Below are positions 54,899 to 64,000 of a stretch of DNA of 64,000 nt, one piece after another. The stretch lies in sequence record KR014248. One strand, 5' to 3'. The first letter of the stretch is position 1; each line of letters opens with the position of its first letter. This stretch comes from Escherichia phage vB_EcoM_AYO145A. A model generated the notes under the pieces. The model saw only the letters and a program-made list of their open reading frames with translations. It was not told the DNA's origin and searched no databases. A program made the position numbers and the translations under genes.

Positions 54899-55270
54899 AT
54901 GAAGTGGTTAGAGGAAGCTTTTAAAAATAATATTGGTGCAATTGTTGTTGGTATTTTTAGTGTTATTGGGATGTATACCACTATGCAAGTTTCAAGTGGT
55001 AAGCAAGAAGTGTCTATCACAACAAAGTTACAACAGTTAGATAATTATTCCAAAAGTAATTATTCAGCTATTCGTGATTTACAGTCTGATATGAGGCTGC
55101 TTCAGCTAGGGATGGAGAACCAGAAAGTCCAGTTAGAGAATGTTAAGGGTGAGAACGCAAAACTTACTAAGACTCTTGATAAGTTCTCTGATAGTGTGAA
55201 CAATCTGGCTCAATCAGTATCAGCCCTCCAAGCTATTACTGAAAAGAACACAAAGAATACTGAAAAGTAA
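54899..55270 (+). CDS. membrane-anchored coiled-coil protein
   Basis: 123 aa; TM segment IGAIVVGIFSVIGMY then helical region. Confidence 0.4.
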   Translation: MKWLEEAFKNNIGAIVVGIFSVIGMYTTMQVSSGKQEVSITTKLQQLDNYSKSNYSAIRDLQSDMRLLQLGMENQKVQLENVKGENAKLTKTLDKFSDSVNNLAQSVSALQAITEKNTKNTEK

Positions 55271-55274
55271 AGTT

Positions 55275-55306
55275 TAAGGCTCCTTTTTACGGGAGCCTTT
55301 TTTGTT
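55275..55306. terminator. bidirectional rho-independent terminator
   Basis: AAGGCTCCtttttacGGGAGCCTT with T-runs on both sides, between convergent genes. Confidence 0.65.
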
Positions 55307-56206
55307 TTATTTACCTACTGACAAAGGTGCTTCAATCTTTCCTGCATGTTGATAGTTGCTAATACCACCGATAAAGTCACTTGCAGTAAGATGTTTCAGG
55401 TCACTTAAAGTATTAAGTTGTAGACCAATCTCAAAAGTAGGTGCATGGAACTCTTCATTGCTCATCAGTTCATAAACCTGCTTCATATGGTTCTGGTAAA
55501 TCTGAGTATCCCCAAAGACACCTATCAAGTACCGTGGAGTGTATCCAGTCATCTTACAAAGAACTTCCAGAATAAAACCATAAGACGCAATGTTAAAGGG
55601 AAGTCCTAAAAAGGTATCTACAGAACGCTGATACCATTGTAAGTCAACTTCACCCTCGTTAGTAATATAAATCTGAAACAGAACATGACAAGGTGCTAGA
55701 GCCATTGAGTTTGCTGCAATATCTGCTGCATTCCAAGCATTAACAAGCATGTAACGGTCTGTAATATCACCCTTCATCTTCGTTACTAAGGTTTCTAACT
55801 GGTCTACAACACAACCATTATGACCTTCAAAGTTTCTCCACTGAACCCCATAGATTCTCCCACCTGCATCTTCTAACCAATCTTGTTCAGAAGAATAGTT
55901 AGAACTTAACCAGCGTTTAAAATCATCTGACCAGATAGTCCAACGTTCTCCGTCATTTTCACCCCAAGTGCGGTAACGGAGTTCACCAAGCTTATTCTCG
56001 CCATTCAGGAACCATAAAGCTTCCCCAATAACTTGCCGTGTAAACACCTGTTTAGATGTTAAAAGCGGGAAACCAGTTCGCATATCAAAACGAAACTGAG
56101 GTGGAGCAAATGCAGAGATAACATCTCCAGTTCGTGTAGTACGCAGTTCACCAACTGATAAAACATGGTTCAGGATATTTTTGTAACTTGAATCTGCTTG
56201 TGACAT
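55307..56206 (-). CDS. thyA: thymidylate synthase
   Basis: 299 aa; N-terminal YKNILNHVLSVGELRTTRTGDVISAFAP matches the ThyA N-terminal signature. Confidence 0.75.
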   Translation of the reverse strand: MSQADSSYKNILNHVLSVGELRTTRTGDVISAFAPPQFRFDMRTGFPLLTSKQVFTRQVIGEALWFLNGENKLGELRYRTWGENDGERWTIWSDDFKRWLSSNYSSEQDWLEDAGGRIYGVQWRNFEGHNGCVVDQLETLVTKMKGDITDRYMLVNAWNAADIAANSMALAPCHVLFQIYITNEGEVDLQWYQRSVDTFLGLPFNIASYGFILEVLCKMTGYTPRYLIGVFGDTQIYQNHMKQVYELMSNEEFHAPTFEIGLQLNTLSDLKHLTASDFIGGISNYQHAGKIEAPLSVGK

Positions 56207-56207
56207 A

Positions 56208-56753
56208 TCAAAAGTGTCCTTTTACTTGTGGAACATAAATTTCAAAAGTTGCTTTACCATCCTCTGATGGTTTTGACTGTACCTTTGTAAATACACGGTT
56301 ATCATACAGCTTCTCAAAGAAGTTTTCAAAAGGTAAATGCACAGTGGCCTCTTCAGTAACTTTATGGAAAACAGTATGGAACACCACACTAGCATACGGT
56401 AAAGCATCGACAAGGACACCTGCGCCACCAATTACAAAGACATCTTCATCAATAGAGCTATCAAGATACTTCAAAAATGCTCCAAAGGACTCTTTACTAG
56501 CTTTAGCAAACATAACATCATCTTTACCAAAGTCTATACCATAATAAGGTACAGAGTTTGTTAAGATGAGGTTTGCACGTTCTGGTAAAGGCTTACTCCC
56601 CAGAGTCTTGAAAGTCTCATTACCCATCACTACTAAGTTGTTTTTAGTGAGTCTCTTAAACTCTTGCATATCTTGCTTATGTCGAGGCCACGGCATACCA
56701 GTCGGTGTACCAAATTCACCGTTTTCACCACTTGCAAATATTAGTTTAATCAT
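56208..56753 (-). CDS. frd: dihydrofolate reductase
   Basis: 181 aa; MIKLIFASGENGEFGTPTGMPWP is the DHFR N-terminal signature; adjacent to thyA. Confidence 0.75.
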   Translation of the reverse strand: MIKLIFASGENGEFGTPTGMPWPRHKQDMQEFKRLTKNNLVVMGNETFKTLGSKPLPERANLILTNSVPYYGIDFGKDDVMFAKASKESFGAFLKYLDSSIDEDVFVIGGAGVLVDALPYASVVFHTVFHKVTEEATVHLPFENFFEKLYDNRVFTKVQSKPSEDGKATFEIYVPQVKGHF

Positions 56754-57010
56754 TTTGTAAACCCTTTCTTAATGAACCAGTTGATGACACTCTTCACAAC
56801 TTTACTACGATGGTAGATAAAATGTGGAGATGGTTGGTATGAACCATAAGCCCAGAAAGCGATAATTTCATTACACCCTGTGCATCGGGTACTTTCTTCA
56901 GCAATATGACCGTTGACTATTTCACTTACCTCACCTTGTAAGTCTGTACACCCACAATGTGGACAACGGATAGGTGTTCCATCAGACTCATAGCAGTGTT
57001 CAATTTTCAT
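56750..57010 (-). CDS. zinc-ribbon protein
   Basis: 86 aa with CPHCGC ... CTGC. Confidence 0.45.
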   Translation of the reverse strand: MKIEHCYESDGTPIRCPHCGCTDLQGEVSEIVNGHIAEESTRCTGCNEIIAFWAYGSYQPSPHFIYHRSKVVKSVINWFIKKGFTK

Positions 57011-57526
57011 CTATTTAACCTCAAAAACTGGCTCAAGAACCAATATAAAGTCTACACAGTCATCTTCTTCATCCAGAATACCATCAAAGTTCTTAGGAAC
57101 AAAGTCGAAGAGGCTCATAACAAAACAGTCAGAAGTGACCTTGATAGTTCCTCCCATGTTCTCTACAGTTAACACTGTACGACTTTCTTTTACCTCCCTC
57201 AGAAGATTACCCACAAAGTCATCTAAGAAGTACTTCATCAGTGACTTGAAACCTTTAGGGTAATCTGTACCAGAGTATGTTTCAATCTGAGGCACAAGCT
57301 TAACATTTATACTAGTCTTTGTTAAGAACGTGTTAGAGAACATGCTATCAGGTAGCTTACAAACAGTCTTTCCAGTACCTTCATGCTCAATCTCAACAAA
57401 ACCAGCTTCGTCACCACATGTAACTATTTTAAAAGATGCTTCATTCTCATACTGTGAAGCCATAAACTTTTTAAGCATCTCTTTAAGGAAATCTGCATGA
57501 GCATCTTGTAAGTAGACATCAATCAT
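57011..57526 (-). CDS. hypothetical protein
   Basis: 171-aa ORF. Confidence 0.5.
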   Translation of the reverse strand: MIDVYLQDAHADFLKEMLKKFMASQYENEASFKIVTCGDEAGFVEIEHEGTGKTVCKLPDSMFSNTFLTKTSINVKLVPQIETYSGTDYPKGFKSLMKYFLDDFVGNLLREVKESRTVLTVENMGGTIKVTSDCFVMSLFDFVPKNFDGILDEEDDCVDFILVLEPVFEVK

Positions 57527-57539
57527 AGTTAATCACCTA

Positions 57540-57899
57540 TTATGGGAACAGACACTTAATGTCATCGTTTTTGAAGACAAAACTTGTGTAGTTGTGACCA
57601 TCAACATCTAGCCAAACAGCCTGAACATCTACACCATCAAGATTCTGGTAAAGCTCTTTGATGAAGTGGTCTTTCACAATCTGGCTGCTAGTTGTCTCCA
57701 GCTTAATGTTCGAGATTGCTGAACCTACAGCCATATAACCCATGACACGTTTCTTCTCAGTATGCTTAATCTTACCATCTTTGTAAGCCATAATGAGATT
57801 GGAAAGAATCTTCACACCGTAGTACTTTTCAAGGTGAGTAGGTACACCATAAAATCCTAATGCGAAGTTTTCAGAGTGGATAATGTTTTCACGTTTCAT
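57540..57899 (-). CDS. hypothetical protein
   Basis: 119-aa ORF. Confidence 0.5.
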   Translation of the reverse strand: MKRENIIHSENFALGFYGVPTHLEKYYGVKILSNLIMAYKDGKIKHTEKKRVMGYMAVGSAISNIKLETTSSQIVKDHFIKELYQNLDGVDVQAVWLDVDGHNYTSFVFKNDDIKCLFP

Positions 57900-57900
57900 A

Positions 57901-58230
57901 TTAGTCTGCCAACCTTAAATTGAAATTAACACCAAATTTTTCACATACTTCCAACATAAACTCAAGAGAGACATTACCAGTGAGATTGATTATGTTGGAT
58001 ACACGAGCCTGAGATATACCACAAATTTTAGCAACTTGCTCTTGAGAAAGACCTCTGGATTTAATCTCTCTCTTAAAACGATGTGCAACGAAGTCTCTCA
58101 TTTCGTCTACATCCATTGGACAAATATAACTCTCCATTTCAGCCTCTCTATCAGCCTCCCAATCATCTTGTGGGGCATAAGGGTCAAAAACCTCATTCAT
58201 CTTTCTTCTTCCGTTTGCGTGAAGTGTCAA
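57901..58230 (-). CDS. HTH (XRE-like) DNA-binding protein
   Basis: 109 aa; C-terminal GLSQEQVAKICGISQARVSNIIN helix-turn-helix. Confidence 0.55.
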   Translation of the reverse strand: MTLHANGRRKMNEVFDPYAPQDDWEADREAEMESYICPMDVDEMRDFVAHRFKREIKSRGLSQEQVAKICGISQARVSNIINLTGNVSLEFMLEVCEKFGVNFNLRLAD

Positions 58231-58414
58231 TCAATGAATCTATGTTTGTAGCCCTAACCTTTTCACGTTCATCGTTAAGATAATCATCAAGAGCCTTCTC
58301 AATCTGTGAATCATCTTGACAGATAACTGTAAAGACTGTAAAGCCGTCTGTATCGTCAATTATCTTACCATAACCGCTTCTGGGATGTAACTTTTTAAGA
58401 GCCATATCAGACAC
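58193..58414 (-). CDS. hypothetical small protein
   Basis: 73-aa ORF. Confidence 0.4.
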   Translation of the reverse strand: MSDMALKKLHPRSGYGKIIDDTDGFTVFTVICQDDSQIEKALDDYLNDEREKVRATNIDSLIDTSRKRKKKDE

Positions 58415-58790
58415 CTGTGCAGCTTCTGTTTTCTAAGAAATACTCAACACCGTACATAGCTTTTTGCATCAAATCTTCTTTAAACTGGATACGGTGGTTG
58501 AGCATAGCCTGTACATCAATATCATCACGGTGTTTCTCTTTAATATTTGCAGATTGCAGGAAATACTCTGCAAGAACGCGATACTGATAGTCAGTTACCT
58601 TATCAGTCATCTCTGTCAAAGACTCTTCAGAGATTGGTTTAAGTAACTCACCATTAGCTAGAGCAACACCTTTAACAATCTGGCAAGTGTCTTCTGGAAC
58701 ACCTGATAAGTCCACATTTGGAAGTTCTGTTGCATTGACTGGTAAATTCATTGCCATAACCATTGCAGAAGCTAATAAAATCTTTTTCAT
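58407..58790 (-). CDS. secreted/periplasmic hypothetical protein
   Basis: 127 aa with signal peptide MKKILLASAMVMAMNLPVNA. Confidence 0.5.
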   Translation of the reverse strand: MKKILLASAMVMAMNLPVNATELPNVDLSGVPEDTCQIVKGVALANGELLKPISEESLTEMTDKVTDYQYRVLAEYFLQSANIKEKHRDDIDVQAMLNHRIQFKEDLMQKAMYGVEYFLENRSCTGV

Positions 58791-58892
58791 AATGACCTCA
58801 AAGTTATATTAAATTTTGTATTACATTGAGTATAAAAATAAGCTATAACACCTGACTTGTCAACAGATTTTATAGCTTATTTGGCAGATTTT

Positions 58893-59175
58893 TTATAAGG
58901 CTACTGCCATCCTTCCATACCTTACCTTACCACACCTAACCATACCTAACCAAACTACACCATACAATACCTTGTTAAAAGACCCTTTTAAAGACCTTTT
59001 AAAAAGGTAAGTCTCATTTTAATGTAGTTGAGACTAGCTACCCATACTTTACCTTACCATACCAGACCTCACCCCGCCTTACCGCACCAGACAGCACAAT
59101 GCAGTACAGTACCTTATTAAAAGACCCTGTTTAAAGACATTTTAAAAAGGAGCCTCCGAAGAGGCTACCTAGTCA
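58893..59175. repeat. direct repeat A: C/A-rich CCTTACC-type tracts plus conserved hairpin core
   Basis: about 60 nt (AGACCTTTTAAAAAGGTAAGTCTCATTTTAATGTAGTTGAGACTAGCTACCCATAC) nearly identical to the core of repeat B. Confidence 0.7.
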
Positions 59176-59177
59176 AC

Positions 59178-59618
59178 TTAGAAAGGTTTTCTACGTTGCT
59201 TGTTAATATTAGCTTTCATAGCAGCTAAATGGTTTTGCTGTTCAATTAGTCGTGAACGTTCTTGATGACTAAGTGCCATAGTGTTCACATTCTCAATTGC
59301 TTGAGTGGCTTGCTTTAAAGCGCGACCAATCTTACCAGACATTTTACGTTTTGCAATAGTTGCTTGATGCTTAGGTTCGACAACACGATAACCAACACCC
59401 ATTGAAGCAACCAGATAAATCTTCTCTTCTTTAAGAAGCTTCTCAATAAACTTCTCAAGTCGATTTAAGCGTGTAAGTGCGTAAGCTTTCATTTCATCTT
59501 CGTACTTAACAATGTCACCTTGATAAGTTGGCTTCACAATACCTAAGAAGGTATCCATCTCAGAGTGTGATACAGTGTCACCGTAACTAAACTTTGCTGC
59601 TAATGCTTTTGTATTCAT
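59178..59618 (-). CDS. hypothetical protein
   Basis: 146-aa ORF between the two direct repeats. Confidence 0.5.
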   Translation of the reverse strand: MNTKALAAKFSYGDTVSHSEMDTFLGIVKPTYQGDIVKYEDEMKAYALTRLNRLEKFIEKLLKEEKIYLVASMGVGYRVVEPKHQATIAKRKMSGKIGRALKQATQAIENVNTMALSHQERSRLIEQQNHLAAMKANINKQRRKPF

Positions 59619-59620
59619 AA

Positions 59621-60226
<606 letters not shown>

Positions 60227-60298
60227 TTAGTTGATTGTTAAGTTGTTTGTAAAGAACCCTCAACAGAAGACTCTTTAGAAACTTGGTAGATTTTTAAC

Positions 60299-60560
60299 GT
60301 GGCTACTACCATCCACCCATACCATACCGAGCCTTACCTTACCAAACCAGACCGCGCCTTACCAAACCAGACCAAACATTACTTTACCCTACCTCATTAA
60401 AAAACCCTCTTAAAGACCTTTTAAAAAGGTAAGTCTCATTTTAATGTAGTTGAGACTAACTACCCATACCGAACCTCACCGCACCATACTACACCTGACA
60501 CCACCTTACACCACCTTACACCACCGCACCATACCTGACCGAGCTACACATCACTTAAAA
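60299..60560. repeat. direct repeat B (partner of repeat A)
   Basis: GTGGCTACTACCATCC start, CCTTACC/CACCTTACA tracts and the same hairpin core. Confidence 0.7.
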
Positions 60561-60609
60561 ACCCTCTTAGAAGACTCTTAAGTGATGCTGGTGAGTACCC
60601 GTTGGTTTA

Positions 60610-60645
60610 TGCTGCTCAGTATACTCACCAAATTTTCTATGTCAA
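60610..60645 (-). promoter_or_regulatory. sigma70-like promoter on minus strand (TTGACA-N16-TATACT)
   Basis: reverse complement reads TTGTTGACATAGAAAATTTGGTGAGTATACTG. Confidence 0.45.
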
Positions 60646-60652
60646 CAACTTT

Positions 60653-61789
60653 TTACTCATAATCCCTAATAACTAACCCAACAGGGAACTGTAAAGACCC
60701 CTTACGAGTCATCTTCTGGAACTGAACCGTTAAAGGCTTCCCGATAAACTCTTCAGGATGCTCAGCCAGATACTGCTTTTTCTCATGAGTGGTTTTCCAT
60801 GAGACATCTACAAAGACGTTAGGAAGAGTCTCTACAACGAACTTACCATGACCACGTTTATCAGTCTTTACACCAGTTACTTTAAACTCTTCAGTGTGCA
60901 TCTTCTTGTGCTTAATCAAGAAGTATGAACGGTGACAACACTCGTAGAAGGAGTCTTCAGAGATTGAACGGTACATTGCACCTTCAAACTTAGCTTCAAC
61001 CCACTTATCATGAGCTTCATCAAACTCTTCCCAAGAATTTACACGGATAGTCTGCACAGGAACAACTCTACAGGTATCCCCAAGCTCAACAATAGGTGAG
61101 TTATCAATAACTTCACGACGCTCAGGCCAAGATTTTGAATTGTCGCAGATATCATACCAGTAGAATTTAAGAAGGTGACGGTCTGGATTGTCAGCATTCT
61201 TAATCATAGATACAATATCTTCTAAGTCCCAACCATGAGCATAAATCTCACCATCAAAGTCTTCAACTTGTGGATGTAATTTAAGCAACAAAAGCAAATC
61301 TGGAATTAGTTCTGCTGGAACGTTGTAAACAGTATTCTCACGAGAATAAGCCGTAAAACTAACTAAATCAGCATCTCTTGAAATCCTACAACGGACACCA
61401 TCAAGTTTTGGTTGAGCATCAGCAGGGAACTTCAGATACTTTGCATGGCTAACCTTTGCAGCATCATGAGCAAGCTGTACACCTACCTTCTCAGTATTCT
61501 GTGCAGACTCTTTTGTGTAAGCATAACCTTTGCGGTCTACTTGCTTTTTATACTTAGCAGCAACTTCAAAGAGAGCTTGTTGTTCAGCGTTACGCTCATT
61601 CTTTTTACCGATGTTTTTAGGCTCTGCTGTGTACTCTTCAAACATCATCTTGCCATTTTCTTTACCGTAGGTTGTAATAACTTTGTCACCTACAGCAACA
61701 CATGACCAGACGTTGAAGGAACCATCTTTATTTTGTTTGTACAGAATTGTCATTTTATTCCTCTGAATGATACCAAGTATTGCAAGCAT
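60653..61789 (-). CDS. ATP-dependent DNA ligase
   Basis: 378 aa; adenylation motif I AQPKLDGVRCRI (KxDGxR). Confidence 0.7.
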   Translation of the reverse strand: MLAILGIIQRNKMTILYKQNKDGSFNVWSCVAVGDKVITTYGKENGKMMFEEYTAEPKNIGKKNERNAEQQALFEVAAKYKKQVDRKGYAYTKESAQNTEKVGVQLAHDAAKVSHAKYLKFPADAQPKLDGVRCRISRDADLVSFTAYSRENTVYNVPAELIPDLLLLLKLHPQVEDFDGEIYAHGWDLEDIVSMIKNADNPDRHLLKFYWYDICDNSKSWPERREVIDNSPIVELGDTCRVVPVQTIRVNSWEEFDEAHDKWVEAKFEGAMYRSISEDSFYECCHRSYFLIKHKKMHTEEFKVTGVKTDKRGHGKFVVETLPNVFVDVSWKTTHEKKQYLAEHPEEFIGKPLTVQFQKMTRKGSLQFPVGLVIRDYE

Positions 61790-61946
61790 TACATGCGTAA
61801 AGCTCTAAGTCATTTTTATCTGGTTTATGAAAGCAGTTTGCTCCGCAGTGGCAACGGAATGGCTTTCCACCAACTGTCAGGGTGAATGATTGAATCTTCC
61901 CATCAGGAGTTCGTACAGCATTTTTATGCTTATCTTCTTTGTTCAT
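61755..61946 (-). CDS. small Cys-rich protein
   Basis: 63 aa; CHCGANC ... CNAC. Confidence 0.4.
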   Translation of the reverse strand: MNKEDKHKNAVRTPDGKIQSFTLTVGGKPFRCHCGANCFHKPDKNDLELYACNACNTWYHSEE

Positions 61947-62164
61947 TTTCTCTTACCACCAATCTCTACGTCAATCACTTGAACATCACCAGCAACATCA
62001 AACTTATGAATGATGCTTTCCACAGTGTAAGTCCAACCCTCAATGCGAACCAATTCACCTTCTCGCGGTACGATTGGGTTACGTTGAGCTATGGTTGTAG
62101 TGGAGTGAACAGTATCATAACGGTAGATATAGTTTACTAAGACTTGCATCTTGAAAAACCTCAC
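61943..62164 (-). CDS. hypothetical small protein
   Basis: 73-aa ORF. Confidence 0.4.
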   Translation of the reverse strand: MRFFKMQVLVNYIYRYDTVHSTTTIAQRNPIVPREGELVRIEGWTYTVESIIHKFDVAGDVQVIDVEIGGKRK

Positions 62165-62397
62165 TCAATAACAGTAGTGTGTGATTGACTATTTTTACCA
62201 TAACGATAAGATGTTGTCGTTTGAGAGTTTGGACATCTTACAACAACAATATCTGTGCTTATTGCATCCTCATTCAGCTTATAGACTTTACAATCTTGCA
62301 TCTCTGGTGGGAGACTATAAGAAGCATTTTTATCTTCATAAGAAGGGTTGCAGCCAGATAGAAAAATAACACCAAGCACAATTACTGATTTCCACAT
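62161..62397 (-). CDS. small lipoprotein
   Basis: 78 aa; signal peptide with lipobox FLSGC. Confidence 0.5.
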   Translation of the reverse strand: MWKSVIVLGVIFLSGCNPSYEDKNASYSLPPEMQDCKVYKLNEDAISTDIVVVRCPNSQTTTSYRYGKNSQSHTTVIE

Positions 62398-62554
62398 AAT
62401 ACTTCTCCTGTCTGTTGTTCACGATACTCAAGCTCTCTGAAAGTTTTGTAGTAATGAATTTTGTAGTACGCTATCTCATTACTTTTTACATTTGTTTTGA
62501 GCAGATTCCAGTCAGAATCTTTACCCATCCTTCCCCAGAGACTATATAACTTAT

Positions 62555-62788
62555 TCATAACAATTCCAAGATATCAATACGTTCACCCTTAAGAACACCT
62601 GTACGGTCTTTTGCAATCTTACCTTCAACAATAAGAATGTGTGCAGACCTTAAAGTGTCACTGTTAAAGGCTTTTACGAACTTGCTAGGCATCACTACAA
62701 TACACATCTCCTGAATCAACTCTGGGGTATAGCAGTTGTCGTGAAGTTGCTGAATAACGTCTGCAAGTGTCATTTTTGATGTCTCCAA
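62555..62788 (-). CDS. hypothetical small protein
   Basis: 77-aa ORF. Confidence 0.4.
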   Translation of the reverse strand: METSKMTLADVIQQLHDNCYTPELIQEMCIVVMPSKFVKAFNSDTLRSAHILIVEGKIAKDRTGVLKGERIDILELL

Positions 62789-62979
62789 TACTCAATGTCA
62801 ATAAGTTCTTGTGCAATGCTTTTCAGATTACCTTTCAAGAAAACCTTCTCAGAACCTGAAAGAGATGAGTTGTCAATTAACCTGTTCATTCTCTCAAACA
62901 ACTTCTGCTTACGATTTTTGATAGTCTCCTTTGAAGCACCTTTCATCATCGCTGCATGGGTTCTTCCACGGTGGCTCAT
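62770..62979 (-). CDS. hypothetical small basic protein
   Basis: 69-aa ORF. Confidence 0.4.
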   Translation of the reverse strand: MSHRGRTHAAMMKGASKETIKNRKQKLFERMNRLIDNSSLSGSEKVFLKGNLKSIAQELIDIEYWRHQK

Positions 62980-63040
62980 AAGCCCTCCTATATAAGATAT
63001 AGTATAAGGTACTCTTCCATGAGCACCCTGTCAACACTAA

Positions 63041-64000
63041 TTAGTGAACCTCAAGCCAGCTTTTACCAACCTTACCAGTACCTGTAACAAGCGTTTCTTT
63101 CTTAAGACCTAAGTTCTTAGAAGCTTGTCCATAATACCAGTCAGTAACTGCTTTCACTTCTGCCGTCATACTTTCTGGACATTCCCAACTCGTCTCGTCG
63201 TGATATGCGCAGAGTAAACGAGCACCAATAGCTGGTTTGCGACCATTCAACTTCATCAAGCCTTCGTCAATCATACGACGACAAGCAAGGTTAATCGCCT
63301 CATTTTGAATCTGAGCCTCCGAACCCATGAGCAAATAATTCAATAACTTGTGTGGAGATTTACACCACAACCAAGCTCCAGCAACCTTTACAAAACCCCC
63401 TTTAGAGATTGCAGCGGTCTTACCAAACACCTCTTCAAGTGCCTTTTTAGTTGCTTTGTAGTCAGCTTCCAAGTTATCTAATAGTTTCTTAATCTTTGGC
63501 AAACGCACAAAGTAAGTCTGTTTAGTTAATGCACCTTCCTGAGTAGTGGCTGCCTTAATAGTTTTAGCAAACTTCTCATCACCTGCACCAAACAGTAGTG
63601 CATAGATACCATTCTTAGCTTTCTTACGACCTTTGCTAATCTCATGAAGAAGATTCTCATCCTGAGTAGCTCGACAAGTCAAGATATCCTGCTCATCATT
63701 CAAGCTAAAGTAAATACTGTTCAGTGTGTGTGCATCAGTCCCTGAATAGACAACGTAAAGGTCATTCTCAGAGTCATAGCGAAGGTACTTATCAATCTCT
63801 GGATTGAGGTACTCATCAAAGTGTTTGCAGTAATAACGTCCGTCTTCTTGACGAATAAATTCAATCTCTTCTTTACCTTGCGTTACCGCTTTGGTGAAGT
63901 CTTTATCACCCATAAAGTTACAAAGAAGAACTAGCTGAGCTGAGTTCATATCTACAGAGACAACGTTAGTACCTTCCTCACAAATCCACACTGCCCTCAT
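63041..64000 (-). CDS. family-A DNA polymerase, C-terminal polymerase domain (N-terminus beyond window)
   Basis: motif A-like VDMNSAQLVLL, motif B-like GRKKAKNGIYALLFGAG, motif C-like AYHDE; ORF runs to the window edge. Confidence 0.7.
   Translation of the reverse strand: MRAVWICEEGTNVVSVDMNSAQLVLLCNFMGDKDFTKAVTQGKEEIEFIRQEDGRYYCKHFDEYLNPEIDKYLRYDSENDLYVVYSGTDAHTLNSIYFSLNDEQDILTCRATQDENLLHEISKGRKKAKNGIYALLFGAGDEKFAKTIKAATTQEGALTKQTYFVRLPKIKKLLDNLEADYKATKKALEEVFGKTAAISKGGFVKVAGAWLWCKSPHKLLNYLLMGSEAQIQNEAINLACRRMIDEGLMKLNGRKPAIGARLLCAYHDETSWECPESMTAEVKAVTDWYYGQASKNLGLKKETLVTGTGKVGKSWLEVH

Noticed and set aside
58900-59110. GGTTAGG/GGTAAGG-type repeats (minus-strand reading) considered as telomere-like or terminal repeats
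   Set aside because: Short, imperfect, and embedded in an intergenic direct repeat with a partner 1.4 kb away; no sign of genome ends here.

Overview
This window reads as part of a large, AT-rich tailed-phage genome, probably a myovirus of a Gram-negative host. All calls are from reading the sequence and the supplied ORF track; no searches or folding programs were run. In order it contains an rIIA/rIIB pair with a lysis-like cluster (secreted SLT transglycosylase, overlapping spanin-like pair) and a TARG1/DarG-type macro-domain gene; an array of 14 small ORFs each preceded by a conserved stem-loop/RBS leader; a 1.6-kb non-coding region dense in short YTTGTTAR-type repeats; a minus-strand block of unknown genes including a lysozyme and a protein with three tandem Ig-like repeats; a Ro60-like TROVE+vWA gene followed by an island of about 27 tRNAs that covers all 20 amino acids; a terminase-to-tail-fibre structural module; and a minus-strand thymidylate synthase / DHFR / DNA ligase / family-A polymerase block. 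The most interesting candidate is a Ro60-like protein paired with a Y-RNA-like element inside the tRNA island: four spacers share a covarying terminal helix, and one carries a permuted tRNA-like module. rIIA at the 5' edge may be truncated and the polymerase at the 3' edge is truncated.
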